Source: an uncultured Candidatus Actinomarina sp. (GTDB taxonomy: Bacteria; Actinomycetota; Acidimicrobiia; Actinomarinales; Actinomarinaceae). From it: DNA of 64,000 nt. A model generated the notes under the pieces. It ran no database searches, was not told the DNA's origin, and saw only the letters and a program-made list of their open reading frames with translations. Of the stretch, positions 42,261 to 51,865 are shown piece by piece. The stretch covers positions 145,943 through 209,942 of the forward strand of contig CACDUI010000001.1 in the NCBI GenBank assembly GCA_902555985.1, given 5' to 3'. The translations under genes were made by a program, and so were the position numbers. The stretch's first letter is position 1. Each line of letters begins with the position of its first letter.

Positions 42261-43186
42261 TGGAATGGATTGAAATATTTGATATATCAATTTTTAGAAG
42301 TCTTCTAAGATCAACAGCTCCAATAGCAATTGTTGGTATGGCTGCTGCACTGTGTTCTGCTGCAGGTGTATTAAATATTGGACTTGAGGGCAAAATGCTC
42401 AATGCAGCATTTGCTGGAGTTTATGCAAGTTATACTTTTGAGAGCGTTTGGGCCGGCTTTACAGCTGGAATTATTGCTGGCTTACTGACAGCTGCCCTAT
42501 TTGGTTTATTGTCATTTACTTTAGGAGCAGATGAAGTCCTGGCTGGCTTGGCTATTAACATATTCTCACTAGCTGGAACAACGTATTTGATGAGAACAAT
42601 ATTTGGACAGGCTGGCTTTTTCTCTGACCCCAGAATTGTTGGGTTTGAACCAATTAGTATATCCTTTTTAGAGGGTACTTTTTTACAGCCGTTTTTATCA
42701 GACTTTACTTACTCAATATATTTGATGTTTTTTATAGCAATTTCTCTACATATTATGTATTACAGAACACGTCTAGGAACTGCAATTAGGGCAACAGGTG
42801 AAAACCCTGAGGCAGCTGAAGATGCTGGAATTAATACAGTTAGAATCAAATGGCTAGTTACAGTATTTTCAGGTTTTTTAGCAGGCATCTCAGGACTTTT
42901 TCTTTCTTTAGAAAATTTGACTATGTTTACTGAGGGAATGTCAGCAGGTAAGGGGTACATTGGTCTTGTTGCTTCATCCTTTGGTAATAATACGCCATTT
43001 GGAACTTTTGGAGCAAGTCTATTTTTTGGTCTAGGCGATGCTATAGGAATTAGATTACAGGGTGTTTATGAGTTGGATTCTAGGTTGATTTTAATGATTC
43101 CATACGCTCTAACAGTTGTTGTTTTGATACTAATAGGGATTAGACAGAGACTAAGAATTAGACCTGTTCCTATTTCAGAAAGCTAA
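42260..43186 (+). CDS. ABC transporter permease
   Basis: 308 aa polytopic protein, the second permease of the BMP-type system. Confidence 0.78.
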   Translation: MEWIEIFDISIFRSLLRSTAPIAIVGMAAALCSAAGVLNIGLEGKMLNAAFAGVYASYTFESVWAGFTAGIIAGLLTAALFGLLSFTLGADEVLAGLAINIFSLAGTTYLMRTIFGQAGFFSDPRIVGFEPISISFLEGTFLQPFLSDFTYSIYLMFFIAISLHIMYYRTRLGTAIRATGENPEAAEDAGINTVRIKWLVTVFSGFLAGISGLFLSLENLTMFTEGMSAGKGYIGLVASSFGNNTPFGTFGASLFFGLGDAIGIRLQGVYELDSRLILMIPYALTVVVLILIGIRQRLRIRPVPISES

Positions 43187-43187
43187 A

Positions 43188-44510
43188 TTGAGTAATCAGC
43201 AATATTATTCAGCTAAATATATTGTAGAAAACTCAAAAACCATTCATAAAAATTCTGTTCTTGTTATTAATGAAGGTTTTGTTGTGGATATTATTTCTTT
43301 AGAAACATTTGCTGAAAAAAAATCAAAAAATTTCACAGAACTTGGCGATGTTATTATTTCTCCAGGGTTTACAAATGCTCATTCGCATGTAGCTTTAAAT
43401 TCAGTTAAAGGACTTGGTTATGGAAATGCAAGCGCACTATACGATGTTATGTGGGGAATTGAGCCAGCATTAGATGAAGAATTAGTTTATAAACTATCTT
43501 TATTAGGAATGATGGATGCTATTTCATCTGGAACCACATCTATTAATGATCATTATTTTTTTGCCGAATCCGTTGCAAGAGCATGCGAGACAATTGGAAT
43601 CAGAGGATTTATTGGCCACACTATTATGACAGAATATGGCCCTTGGACTGGGGAAGAACAAATAACTTTAGCAAAGTCATTCAATAAGAATTGGGCAAAT
43701 TCTAAAACTGTTCATCCAGTTGTTGCGCCACACGAAACATCCACAGTGAGCCCTAAAGTTCTAAAAGAACTAAACAGCTATGCACGTGAAAATAATTTAT
43801 TAACTCATATACATCTAGCTCAAACTCAAAAAGAAATGGATTTTATAAGGGCTAATTACAATACTTCTCCTATAAAACATGCATATAATCTTCAAATTCT
43901 GAACGAACAAGTAATTGCTGCACATTGTAATGTTGTTGAGGATGGAGATTTAGATTTACTAGCAGAATCAGGTGCTTTTCCAATATTTTGTCCAACTACT
44001 CATGGGATTGGTGGAAAGCCAATGAATACAAATTATTTATCAAAATTAAATGTTGATTGGGGAATAGGGACTGATTGTTCTGGCGGCAATGATGATTATG
44101 ATATGTTTGAGGAAATGAGAACTGCATTGGTTTTGAATAATTCAGTTGCTAAGTATAACTTTATTAAACCAAAAGATATATTTAGAAAAGCAAGTGAAGA
44201 AAATATTTCCAGAATTTCTGGAGGTATTTTTTCTGGAACATTATCAAAAAATCAAAAAGCAGATTTTATAACAATATCAACAAATACTCCAAGAATGCAA
44301 CCATTACATGATGTAATAAACAATATTGTAATGTGCGCATCATCGAAAGAAGTTAAAGATGTATATATAGATGGAGAGTGCATCGTTAAAGATTCAAAGT
44401 TTCAGAATATTGATGAAGAGATTATTTTAGAAGAGGGAACGAATGCCATAAATACTCTATTTACTAAAACAGGTTTTGATAAAAAAATATTTGATGGAGA
44501 TTTTTCTTAG
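43188..44510 (+). CDS. Amidohydrolase-family nucleobase/nucleoside deaminase (MtaD / guanine-deaminase-like)
   Basis: ISPGFTNAHSHV metal-binding HxH, then SGTTSINDHYFF, a HLAQT region and a GTDC-terminal Asp. Confidence 0.72.
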   Translation: MSNQQYYSAKYIVENSKTIHKNSVLVINEGFVVDIISLETFAEKKSKNFTELGDVIISPGFTNAHSHVALNSVKGLGYGNASALYDVMWGIEPALDEELVYKLSLLGMMDAISSGTTSINDHYFFAESVARACETIGIRGFIGHTIMTEYGPWTGEEQITLAKSFNKNWANSKTVHPVVAPHETSTVSPKVLKELNSYARENNLLTHIHLAQTQKEMDFIRANYNTSPIKHAYNLQILNEQVIAAHCNVVEDGDLDLLAESGAFPIFCPTTHGIGGKPMNTNYLSKLNVDWGIGTDCSGGNDDYDMFEEMRTALVLNNSVAKYNFIKPKDIFRKASEENISRISGGIFSGTLSKNQKADFITISTNTPRMQPLHDVINNIVMCASSKEVKDVYIDGECIVKDSKFQNIDEEIILEEGTNAINTLFTKTGFDKKIFDGDFS

Positions 44511-45487
44511 TGGAGTACTCTGCTTTACATGAACACCTTGATGGTGGGCTTAGACCAAAAACTATTATTGAAATCGCAGAATCTAAAAATATACCTATTC
44601 CTACAAAAGATGAAGAAGAACTAAGAAACTGGTTTTTTGAAAATATATCAACTGAAAAAAAACAAGTATTTAAAAAATTTGAGATGACAATTTCTGTTAT
44701 GCAAGATGCTCACTCAATAGAAAAAATAGCTTATGAAGCTGTTGAAGATTTAGTATCAGATCGAGTACTTTATGGTGAGTTAAGATACGCCCCCTTACAG
44801 CATTTACAAGAAAATCTTTCACCACAAGAAGTTGTGAATGCTGTATCTCGGGGAGTTAAAGCAGGTGAGAATGCTTTTGGAGGTGAGTTCAATACCATTT
44901 TATGTGCAATGAGACAAAATAAAGACTCTTTTGAGGTCGCAGAATTAGCAATAAATAACACAGATAATAAAGTTATAGGTTTTGATCTTGCTGGGCCTGA
45001 GTATAAATTTCCCCCTTCATTACATAAAGAAGCTTGTGACTTGATTGCCAATTCTGAAGTAGGTCTAACCATACATGCTGGAGAAGCAGCTGATTTATCT
45101 TATATTGAAGACGCTGTATTTAATTGTAATGCACAAAGAATTGGACATGGTTGGCAAATTATTGATGGGTGCGAATTAAAAGACAATCTTTATTTACCAA
45201 TATCAGATATTGCAGAACATATACTTAATAAGCAAATTCCTTTGGAAATATGTATTTCTTCAAATGTTAAATCAGGAGCGAGTTCAATTACAATTGATGA
45301 CCACCCAGCTGTAAAATTATTAAATTCAGGATTTAAAGTTACTTTAAACTCAGATAATCGTCTAATGGCTAATACAAATCTTTCCACAGAATTTAAAAAA
45401 GCAGAAGAGCATTTAGATTTAACTATTAATCAGAAAGAACAGCTTTTGACTAATAGTTTTGAAGCAAGGTTCACAAATCTAATATAG
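44510..45487 (+). CDS. add: Adenosine deaminase
   Basis: LHEHLDGGLRP, FDLAGPE, HAGE and TLNSDN motifs. Confidence 0.82.
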   Translation: MEYSALHEHLDGGLRPKTIIEIAESKNIPIPTKDEEELRNWFFENISTEKKQVFKKFEMTISVMQDAHSIEKIAYEAVEDLVSDRVLYGELRYAPLQHLQENLSPQEVVNAVSRGVKAGENAFGGEFNTILCAMRQNKDSFEVAELAINNTDNKVIGFDLAGPEYKFPPSLHKEACDLIANSEVGLTIHAGEAADLSYIEDAVFNCNAQRIGHGWQIIDGCELKDNLYLPISDIAEHILNKQIPLEICISSNVKSGASSITIDDHPAVKLLNSGFKVTLNSDNRLMANTNLSTEFKKAEEHLDLTINQKEQLLTNSFEARFTNLI

Positions 45488-46640
45488 TCGAAGCCAAGAG
45501 AAGGCTTCCAGCCTCAATCATATCTGTAGCCCGTTTAGTAACAGTGGCGTGTGCAAATTCAGGCTGATGGTTTACAATTTTTCCATCATCATCAACTATT
45601 TGAAGAAATGCATGTAAAGAAGGAACTAATTTTGAAATATTTCCAAAATCTGTAGAACCATTTTTACTTTGGTCGTAGCTTTCATTTGTTTTCATATCAA
45701 TCGAGAGTTTTTTTGATTTTTCCATAAAGATATTTTTTAATTTTTTATCGGTAACTAAATTTTCATAAGTACCATTTCCCTCTACAACGTTTAATTTACA
45801 GCTAGTTGATTCAGCAGCGCCTTTAAAACAATTTAAAATTTTCTTTTCTAGTTTTTTAAGATCTTTTGTTTCCTGAGCTCTAATCATCCAACTTGATCTC
45901 GTATAGTCGGGAATAATATTTGGAGATTCACCACCATGTGTAATTATTCCGTGAACTTTTTCTACAGGTTGTAACTGCTGTCTAAGTGCACTTATATTGT
46001 TATAGGCAAGTATTTGTGCATCTAATGCATTTTTTCCAACATAAGCTGATCCAGAAGCATGAGCAGCTTTTCCATAAAATTCAATATCTAGTTGTTTTAC
46101 TGCAATCATTAAAGGATCAACCTCATTTCTTGTAGCAGGATGAATCATCACAGAATACGCTGTATTTGTAAAAACACCTTCGTTGATTAATTTTATCTTT
46201 CCACCACCACCCCCATTTTCGTAAGTAAGGGGGATAATCTCTTCAGCAGGGCATCCTACTAATTTAATTTCATAATTGAGTTGTTTTTTATATTTTGATA
46301 GTAGGAAAAAAGCTCCTAAACCAATTGAAGATATAAGATTATGTCCACAAGCATGTCCTACATTTGGTAAAGCGTCATATTCAATACATATAGCAATATT
46401 TTTATTATGAGGTTTTTGATTGAAAGAGGCAGTAAATGCTGTAGGAATTTTTTTAAATTTATTAAATTTTGCATTTGGAACATTCTTAGTTACCAGAGAA
46501 GTAATTTTTTGAACTGATTCAAACTCTTGGTAGCCTAATTCTGGATTTTTATACATATATTCGTTTAGATTCAATAAATCTTTTTTAAATTTTGGAAAAT
46601 CTGACTTAAGGGTATTGATATCCACTTTAACCACGACCAT
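45471..46640 (-). CDS. M20D-family amidohydrolase (N-acyl-amino-acid / hippurate-hydrolase-like). The start is uncertain, Met at 46640 or 46685.
   Basis: HACGHNLISSIGLGAF and a second metal-ligand region GGESPNIIPD. Its 3' end overlaps add convergently by 17 nt. Confidence 0.72.
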   Translation of the reverse strand: MVVVKVDINTLKSDFPKFKKDLLNLNEYMYKNPELGYQEFESVQKITSLVTKNVPNAKFNKFKKIPTAFTASFNQKPHNKNIAICIEYDALPNVGHACGHNLISSIGLGAFFLLSKYKKQLNYEIKLVGCPAEEIIPLTYENGGGGGKIKLINEGVFTNTAYSVMIHPATRNEVDPLMIAVKQLDIEFYGKAAHASGSAYVGKNALDAQILAYNNISALRQQLQPVEKVHGIITHGGESPNIIPDYTRSSWMIRAQETKDLKKLEKKILNCFKGAAESTSCKLNVVEGNGTYENLVTDKKLKNIFMEKSKKLSIDMKTNESYDQSKNGSTDFGNISKLVPSLHAFLQIVDDDGKIVNHQPEFAHATVTKRATDMIEAGSLLLASTILDL

Positions 46641-47442
46641 AGAATGTAATTTCTTGTATTGCACATTCAGAAAATGGTTCAGCACCGTTTACTTCTTCGC
46701 CTGGATAAGCACTTAAAATCTCTATTGTAATTACAGAAGATGTTGTATTCATATCAATCCATTGTGAACTGTTGTTTTGGTTTTCTAGTTCATACTCTAT
46801 TGAAAAGCCGTCTTCTTCGGAAGTTATCAATAGATCTCTTGGCTTGTGGTTTCTTTTGAAGGATTTTGTGTCCTCTATATTTTCATATGTTAAAAATTGA
46901 AAATACACATCTTTTGAAAAGGTAAATTCCAATGTTGCATCAGCACACTTCAAGGAATTATCTTGCCAAGAAGTTGGCTCATCGTCATAAATTTTTTCAC
47001 AAGACCACCCCTCACCATAACTACTAGAAGCTGAACAGCTAAATGGATACTGAAGCTGCAATAGTGTTTGAACAGTAGTCGATGTACTAGTTGTAGTTGC
47101 TTGTTCCACAATCTGGATTTCTTCTATGACTTCCTCTGCAATATTTTGGTTATAGTAAAAACTTGCAACTGCAATTATTGGAATAGTTACTGCGAGAAAA
47201 AAAACAGCCCTAATACCTGGCACTTCTTTTCTTGTTGGTATAGGTGTGGCTCCATAATTTGACAAAGGCTGAGACAAAAGTTCATCAGGAGGTCTCACCC
47301 TTCTTTTTATTTCTGGCTCGGAATTGTTTTTTGAATCTTCGTGATCTTTAAGGCTTAGACCTAACCACTCACCACAACTTGAACAGAACTCAATTGATTT
47401 ATCTACGATTGCACTACACGCTTTACATTCTATTTTTTCCAT
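46627..47442 (-). CDS. Hypothetical membrane protein with an N-terminal zinc ribbon, one TM helix and an extracytoplasmic domain
   Basis: CKACSAIV...CSSCGEW (a CxxC-x-CxxC ribbon), a TM helix (AVFFLAVTIPIIAVASFYY), a Thr/Ser-rich linker and a roughly 150-aa beta-rich domain. Confidence 0.45.
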   Translation of the reverse strand: MEKIECKACSAIVDKSIEFCSSCGEWLGLSLKDHEDSKNNSEPEIKRRVRPPDELLSQPLSNYGATPIPTRKEVPGIRAVFFLAVTIPIIAVASFYYNQNIAEEVIEEIQIVEQATTTSTSTTVQTLLQLQYPFSCSASSSYGEGWSCEKIYDDEPTSWQDNSLKCADATLEFTFSKDVYFQFLTYENIEDTKSFKRNHKPRDLLITSEEDGFSIEYELENQNNSSQWIDMNTTSSVITIEILSAYPGEEVNGAEPFSECAIQEITFYGRG

Positions 47443-47522
47443 AAATCTAATCTATATTCCCTAATTATAAAATAATACAGTAACATTCAAATAACAATAT
47501 TGTTCAAATAATAGAGAGGAAA

Positions 47523-48581
47523 ATGAACATAAACAACAATTCAAGTGCTAATCAGCTTTTACCCGGTCAAGATTTAAGAGTTGGGGTTGACTTAATTGCG
47601 GACAAAAAAGATGGAGCTCTTATTGTTATAGGGTCAACTCCCAAATTAGATAAAATATCATCTGGTGGAATAATTTTAAGTGACTGTAAATATTCGCCTG
47701 AAATGTTGTCAGAACTATCAAAAATGGATGGAGCAATAGTCGTAGATGAAAGCGTAACAAAGATTTTAAAAGCTAATGTTCATCTAAATCCAAGTGACAC
47801 AATTGCTACAACTCAAACAGGCACTAGGCACAGAACAGCAGAGAGAACGTCAGTCGTAACAGGCTTAACTGTTATTGCAGTATCTGAGGAAACTTCTTTA
47901 ATTAAAGTATTTGAAAATCTTGAGACAAAAGAACTTGAAGAATCATCAGCAATACTTGGAAGGGTTAATGAGTCTCTACAATCAGTTGACAGAATGAGAA
48001 GAAGGTTTGACGATGCTGTTACTACTTTGGGTGAACTTGAGATAGAAAATACGTTAACCAATCAAGAGGTACTTGAGGTGATACAAAGAGGGGAATTATT
48101 AACTCGTTTAGCAAATCAGGTTAAAAAGGAAGCTTTTAAGCTGGGTGAAGATTCTGGGTTAATTATGATACAAATAGATTCTTTAGAATCAGGAGTATTA
48201 AACACTCTAAATCTCGTATTAAAAGACCATCTTCCTGCAAAAGTATTTAGAACTACTACAAAAGCAAATAATGAAATCAGCCAACTTTCGTATGACGAAC
48301 TCAATGCTGTTGAGCACCTAGGAAATGTGTTATCAAAACTTCCATTAGATGACATTTCAGTTTCAAAGGGCTATAGAGTGCTCGCAAGGTTACCTAATTT
48401 ACCTGAAAATCTTCATGATCAAATTATTCAAAAATTTAAATCATTACCAAAACTTTTGACAGCCTCTCCAGAAAAGCTTTTTGAAGTAGAGGGTATTGGA
48501 AGAAGTAGAGCTCAGCAGCTACGTAATTATTTTGATACACTATTAAAAAATATTGGTTTTTCATATATAAATGGACATTAA
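47523..48581 (+). CDS. disA: DNA integrity scanning protein DisA (diadenylate cyclase)
   Basis: DAC domain with DGALIVIG and GTRHRTAERTS (RHR). C-terminal HhH. Confidence 0.88.
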   Translation: MNINNNSSANQLLPGQDLRVGVDLIADKKDGALIVIGSTPKLDKISSGGIILSDCKYSPEMLSELSKMDGAIVVDESVTKILKANVHLNPSDTIATTQTGTRHRTAERTSVVTGLTVIAVSEETSLIKVFENLETKELEESSAILGRVNESLQSVDRMRRRFDDAVTTLGELEIENTLTNQEVLEVIQRGELLTRLANQVKKEAFKLGEDSGLIMIQIDSLESGVLNTLNLVLKDHLPAKVFRTTTKANNEISQLSYDELNAVEHLGNVLSKLPLDDISVSKGYRVLARLPNLPENLHDQIIQKFKSLPKLLTASPEKLFEVEGIGRSRAQQLRNYFDTLLKNIGFSYINGH

Positions 48582-48604
48582 ATAGTTCTCAATATGTAGT
48601 ATCG

Positions 48605-49171
48605 TTGACATCTATGGCAACAAAAACAAAAAAAGTTACTGACAAATACAAACCCAATCAATTTGTCGTTCATCCTCACCATGGTGCGGCAAAAGTTGTT
48701 AGAAAAGTTAATAAAAATGTCGAGATATTTGACGAAAATGGTGAAGTTAAATCAAAGCGAAGGCAGTATTTTGAAATAGAAGTTCTTACAGATGGCTTAT
48801 TAGTAATGGTGCCAGTAGAAAATGTAGACGAGGTCATTAGGCCTGTCATTTCAAAAAATGCTGTTTCTAGAAAAGTATTTCCAATATTTAAAGAAAAACC
48901 TGAAGAAGCCGGTACAAATTGGAGTAGGTGGTACAAGGTTCTTACTGAAAAAATGACTTCAGGCGATGTTATACAAGTTGCTGAAGTAGTAAGGGATCTT
49001 ACACATGCCCAAATTAATAAAGGTATCTCTCCTGCGTTAAAAAGAATGCTCGCAAAAGCTAGAACTACTTTAGCAAGTGAAGTTGCATGCGCTCTAAATA
49101 TTGATGAAGAAGCAGCTGTAGAAAAAATTAACCAATATCTTCCTGAAGAAGACCCAGACGACGGTTTATAA
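48605..49171 (+). CDS. carD: CarD-family RNA polymerase-binding transcription regulator
   Basis: NWSRWYKVLTEKMTSGDV...VAEVVRDL...KRMLAKAR matches mycobacterial CarD. Confidence 0.88.
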   Translation: MTSMATKTKKVTDKYKPNQFVVHPHHGAAKVVRKVNKNVEIFDENGEVKSKRRQYFEIEVLTDGLLVMVPVENVDEVIRPVISKNAVSRKVFPIFKEKPEEAGTNWSRWYKVLTEKMTSGDVIQVAEVVRDLTHAQINKGISPALKRMLAKARTTLASEVACALNIDEEAAVEKINQYLPEEDPDDGL

Positions 49172-49198
49172 TTTAAATATAAATCAAAAAGAGGCAAA

Positions 49199-49669
49199 AT
49201 GTTTGTAGGGAATGGGTTTGATATACACAAACATTCTAAAGATGAAAATTTAATTCTTGGAGGAATCAATATCGATGGTGATGGATTTGAAGCACATTCA
49301 GATGGGGATATAATTTTACATTCACTGTGTGATGCTTTATTGGGTTCAAAAGCTAAAAAGGATTTAGGTTATTATTTTCCGTCTAATGAAACTACACCAA
49401 AAGGTATATCGAGTGTAGATATGTTAAATAAAGTCTTAGAGATAATTGAAATTGATAAATTAAAAATTAACAACATTGACATTACAGTTCTTTCACAAGT
49501 AATAAATATTTCAAAAATATCCAATAGCATTTGTTCCAACTTAGCCAATCTTCTAAATATTGATAAGAACGTAATAAACGTAAAAGGAAAATCGTTTGAT
49601 CATCTGGGTGTCATAGGAGATGGGACTGCTTCTGCCTGTATGGCATTGGTCTCGGTCGAAAATGCTTAA
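49199..49669 (+). CDS. ispF: 2-C-methyl-D-erythritol 2,4-cyclodiphosphate synthase
   Basis: GFDIHKH, AHSDGDIILHSLCDALLG and a C-terminal GVIGDGTA. Confidence 0.88.
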   Translation: MFVGNGFDIHKHSKDENLILGGINIDGDGFEAHSDGDIILHSLCDALLGSKAKKDLGYYFPSNETTPKGISSVDMLNKVLEIIEIDKLKINNIDITVLSQVINISKISNSICSNLANLLNIDKNVINVKGKSFDHLGVIGDGTASACMALVSVENA

Positions 49670-51059
49670 ATTACATAACTCATATTCTAATAATGTTGAA
49701 GAGTTCAGACCGGACTCAAATAGTGTAAAAGTATACCTATGCGGACCTACAGTTCAATCCTCTCCTCATATAGGGCATGGTAGATCAGCAGTAGTTTTTG
49801 ATTTTTTGATTAGATATCTTAAATTTAGTAATTACCAAGTAACATTTGTTAGAAATATAACAGATATTGAAGACAAGATAATTCAGAGATCAGAAGAAGA
49901 AGGTATTACTACTGAAGAGTTGGCAGATAGAGTTACCAAAGAATTTCAAAAATCTTACGCAGATTTAAATTGCTTATTACCAAATCATGAGCCAAAAGCT
50001 ACTGATACCATTGATCATATTATTTACCTTATTGAACTTTTAATAGATAAAGGATACGCATATTCAACAAAATCAGGAGTATATTTTGAAGTTGGTAAAT
50101 TTGAAAATTATCTAAATCTCTCAGGCAGAAAGAGAGATGAAGTTATGTCTGGAACTAGAGTTGATGTAGAATCCGATAAAAAAAATAATGAAGATTTTGC
50201 ATTATGGAAAATATCAAAAGAGAATGAACCTTCGTGGAATTCTCCGTGGGGACTAGGAAGACCAGGTTGGCATATAGAGTGTTCTGCGATGATAAATAAA
50301 ATTTTTAATAGTGGGATTGATATTCATTGTGGAGGAAATGATTTAATTTTTCCACATCATGAAAATGAACTAGCACAATCAGAAACTGCATTTGAAAATC
50401 AACAATTTGCAAAGTATTGGCTTCACAATGGAATGATTAATCTAGCTGGACAAAAAATGTCTAAATCAGAAGGTAATATTAAACTTCTAAACGAATATAT
50501 TGATTTGTATTCTGGAAATGTTATTAGATTTTTCTTTCTTCGAGCACAATATCGTAAACCACAGGAATTTACAGAAGCACTTCTGAAAGAATCTGAAACA
50601 ACTTTTAATAGAATATTAGAAATTGTTAAAGGTGTTGAATCCAATCCGACTGATCAGGACTTTATTGATATATTTGAAAATTCTATGAATGACGATTTAA
50701 ATACTCCAAAGTTCTTAGGTGAAGTTTTTGAAAAAATAAATAAGATTAATGATCTCAATGATCAAAAAGAGCAAGAGTTTAAGGAAACTTTAAAATATAT
50801 TTTTGAGATTTTAGGGTTCACATTTGATGTTAAAGAAAAGATTCAAATAAGTAATGAAGACCTCAAAAACTTTTTTAGTAAATTTCAGATTACTTTTACA
50901 TCGATAGAACAGGCAATGAAAGAATATCTAAGTAAAAGAGAAGAATATAGAAAGAACAAAAATTTTGACCAAGCAGACTTGATGAGAGACCAATTAAAAG
51001 AAATAGGATTACTTATTAAGGACGGTGAGAACACTGGCTGGTATTGGGAAAATCGTTGA
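49662..51059 (+). CDS. cysS: Cysteine--tRNA ligase. ATG at 49662 is preferred; the six-frame track start at 49620 would overlap ispF by 50 nt.
   Basis: VYLCGPTVQSSPHIGHGRS (HIGH) and KMSKSEGN (KMSKS). Confidence 0.9.
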   Translation: MLKLHNSYSNNVEEFRPDSNSVKVYLCGPTVQSSPHIGHGRSAVVFDFLIRYLKFSNYQVTFVRNITDIEDKIIQRSEEEGITTEELADRVTKEFQKSYADLNCLLPNHEPKATDTIDHIIYLIELLIDKGYAYSTKSGVYFEVGKFENYLNLSGRKRDEVMSGTRVDVESDKKNNEDFALWKISKENEPSWNSPWGLGRPGWHIECSAMINKIFNSGIDIHCGGNDLIFPHHENELAQSETAFENQQFAKYWLHNGMINLAGQKMSKSEGNIKLLNEYIDLYSGNVIRFFFLRAQYRKPQEFTEALLKESETTFNRILEIVKGVESNPTDQDFIDIFENSMNDDLNTPKFLGEVFEKINKINDLNDQKEQEFKETLKYIFEILGFTFDVKEKIQISNEDLKNFFSKFQITFTSIEQAMKEYLSKREEYRKNKNFDQADLMRDQLKEIGLLIKDGENTGWYWENR

Positions 51060-51756
51060 AGGTATTAATTCAGTAAATGGCGCTATAGCTTCAGGTAGAG
51101 TTGAAAAAATTATTTATCTCGAGACTCGTAATGGAGCTTCAAATAGATTAATAAAATTAATTGAAGATGCTAATTTAAAAGGATTAGCAATAGAAAAAGT
51201 AAATACTAAAGAAAATTGGATTTATAACAGTAGGCACGCAGTAGTAGCTCTTTGTGTGCCAAAAAAAACTTATAGCGAAACAAGTATAAATGAACTTAAG
51301 TTGAGCAATATAGTTGTATTAGATCACATTCAGGATACTAATAATTTTGGAGCCATAATAAGAAGCGCTGCTGCATTTAATTTTAATATAGTTTGTCTTC
51401 CAAAAAAAAGATCGGTCAATATAACTGAAAGAACTTTTGCAGTGTCTTCTGGCGGATTAGAAAATGTAAGTATTGTTTTTTATAATTCAATATTTTCGTT
51501 AATTAAAAAACTTAAGTCACTTGATTATTGGACCGTTGGTTTAGAGATGGATACAGAAGAAGATATTTCAAATGTAAATTTTAACGATCAAAAAGTAGCT
51601 TTATTTATTGGTTCTGAAGAAAACGGTCTAAGTAATGAGGTTCAAAAAAAATTAGATCTTGTATCAAAGATCAATATGAATAATAAGATTGAATCTCTAA
51701 ACGCTTCTGTTGCAGCGGGAATAGCAATGAATCATTTTTTTAAAAAAAATAGTTGA
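51025..51756 (+). CDS. TrmH/SpoU-family RNA 2'-O-methyltransferase (RlmB-like). GTG start.
   Basis: SPOUT methylase motifs: VVLDHIQDTNNFGAIIRSAAAF and GSEENGLS. It follows cysS, as in mycobacteria. Confidence 0.75.
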   Translation: MRTLAGIGKIVEGINSVNGAIASGRVEKIIYLETRNGASNRLIKLIEDANLKGLAIEKVNTKENWIYNSRHAVVALCVPKKTYSETSINELKLSNIVVLDHIQDTNNFGAIIRSAAAFNFNIVCLPKKRSVNITERTFAVSSGGLENVSIVFYNSIFSLIKKLKSLDYWTVGLEMDTEEDISNVNFNDQKVALFIGSEENGLSNEVQKKLDLVSKINMNNKIESLNASVAAGIAMNHFFKKNS

Positions 51757-51789
51757 TTCAATACTGAATTTGCTATTATTTTAATGTTT

Positions 51790-51861
51790 GCCGGAGTAGC
51801 TCAGTGGCAGAGCAGCCGCCTTGTAAGCGGCAGGTCAGGGGTTCAAATCCCCTCTCCGGCT
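51790..51861 (+). tRNA. tRNA-Thr (anticodon UGU)
   Basis: Cloverleaf with acceptor GCCGGAG/CUCCGGC, D-stem GCUC/GAGC and anticodon stem GCCGC/GCGGC with loop CUUGUAA. T-arm AGGGG-UUCAAAU-CCCCU. CCA is not encoded. Confidence 0.9.
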
Positions 51862-51865
51862 CTGA

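Noticed and set aside
47068-47262. 64-aa Cys-rich ORF on the plus strand inside the zinc-ribbon membrane protein gene.
   Set aside because: It is embedded antisense to a longer ORF with a coherent domain architecture. Its cysteines reflect the complement of Thr/Ser/Ala codons rather than a real metal-binding peptide.
51025-51059. 35-nt overlap between cysS and the TrmH-family gene as a sign of a mis-called start.
   Set aside because: No alternative ATG, GTG or TTG exists in frame downstream of the cysS stop before conserved methyltransferase sequence begins, so the overlapping GTG start is the most plausible. This contrasts with cysS itself, where an internal ATG at 49662 removes a 50-nt overlap, and I moved that start.
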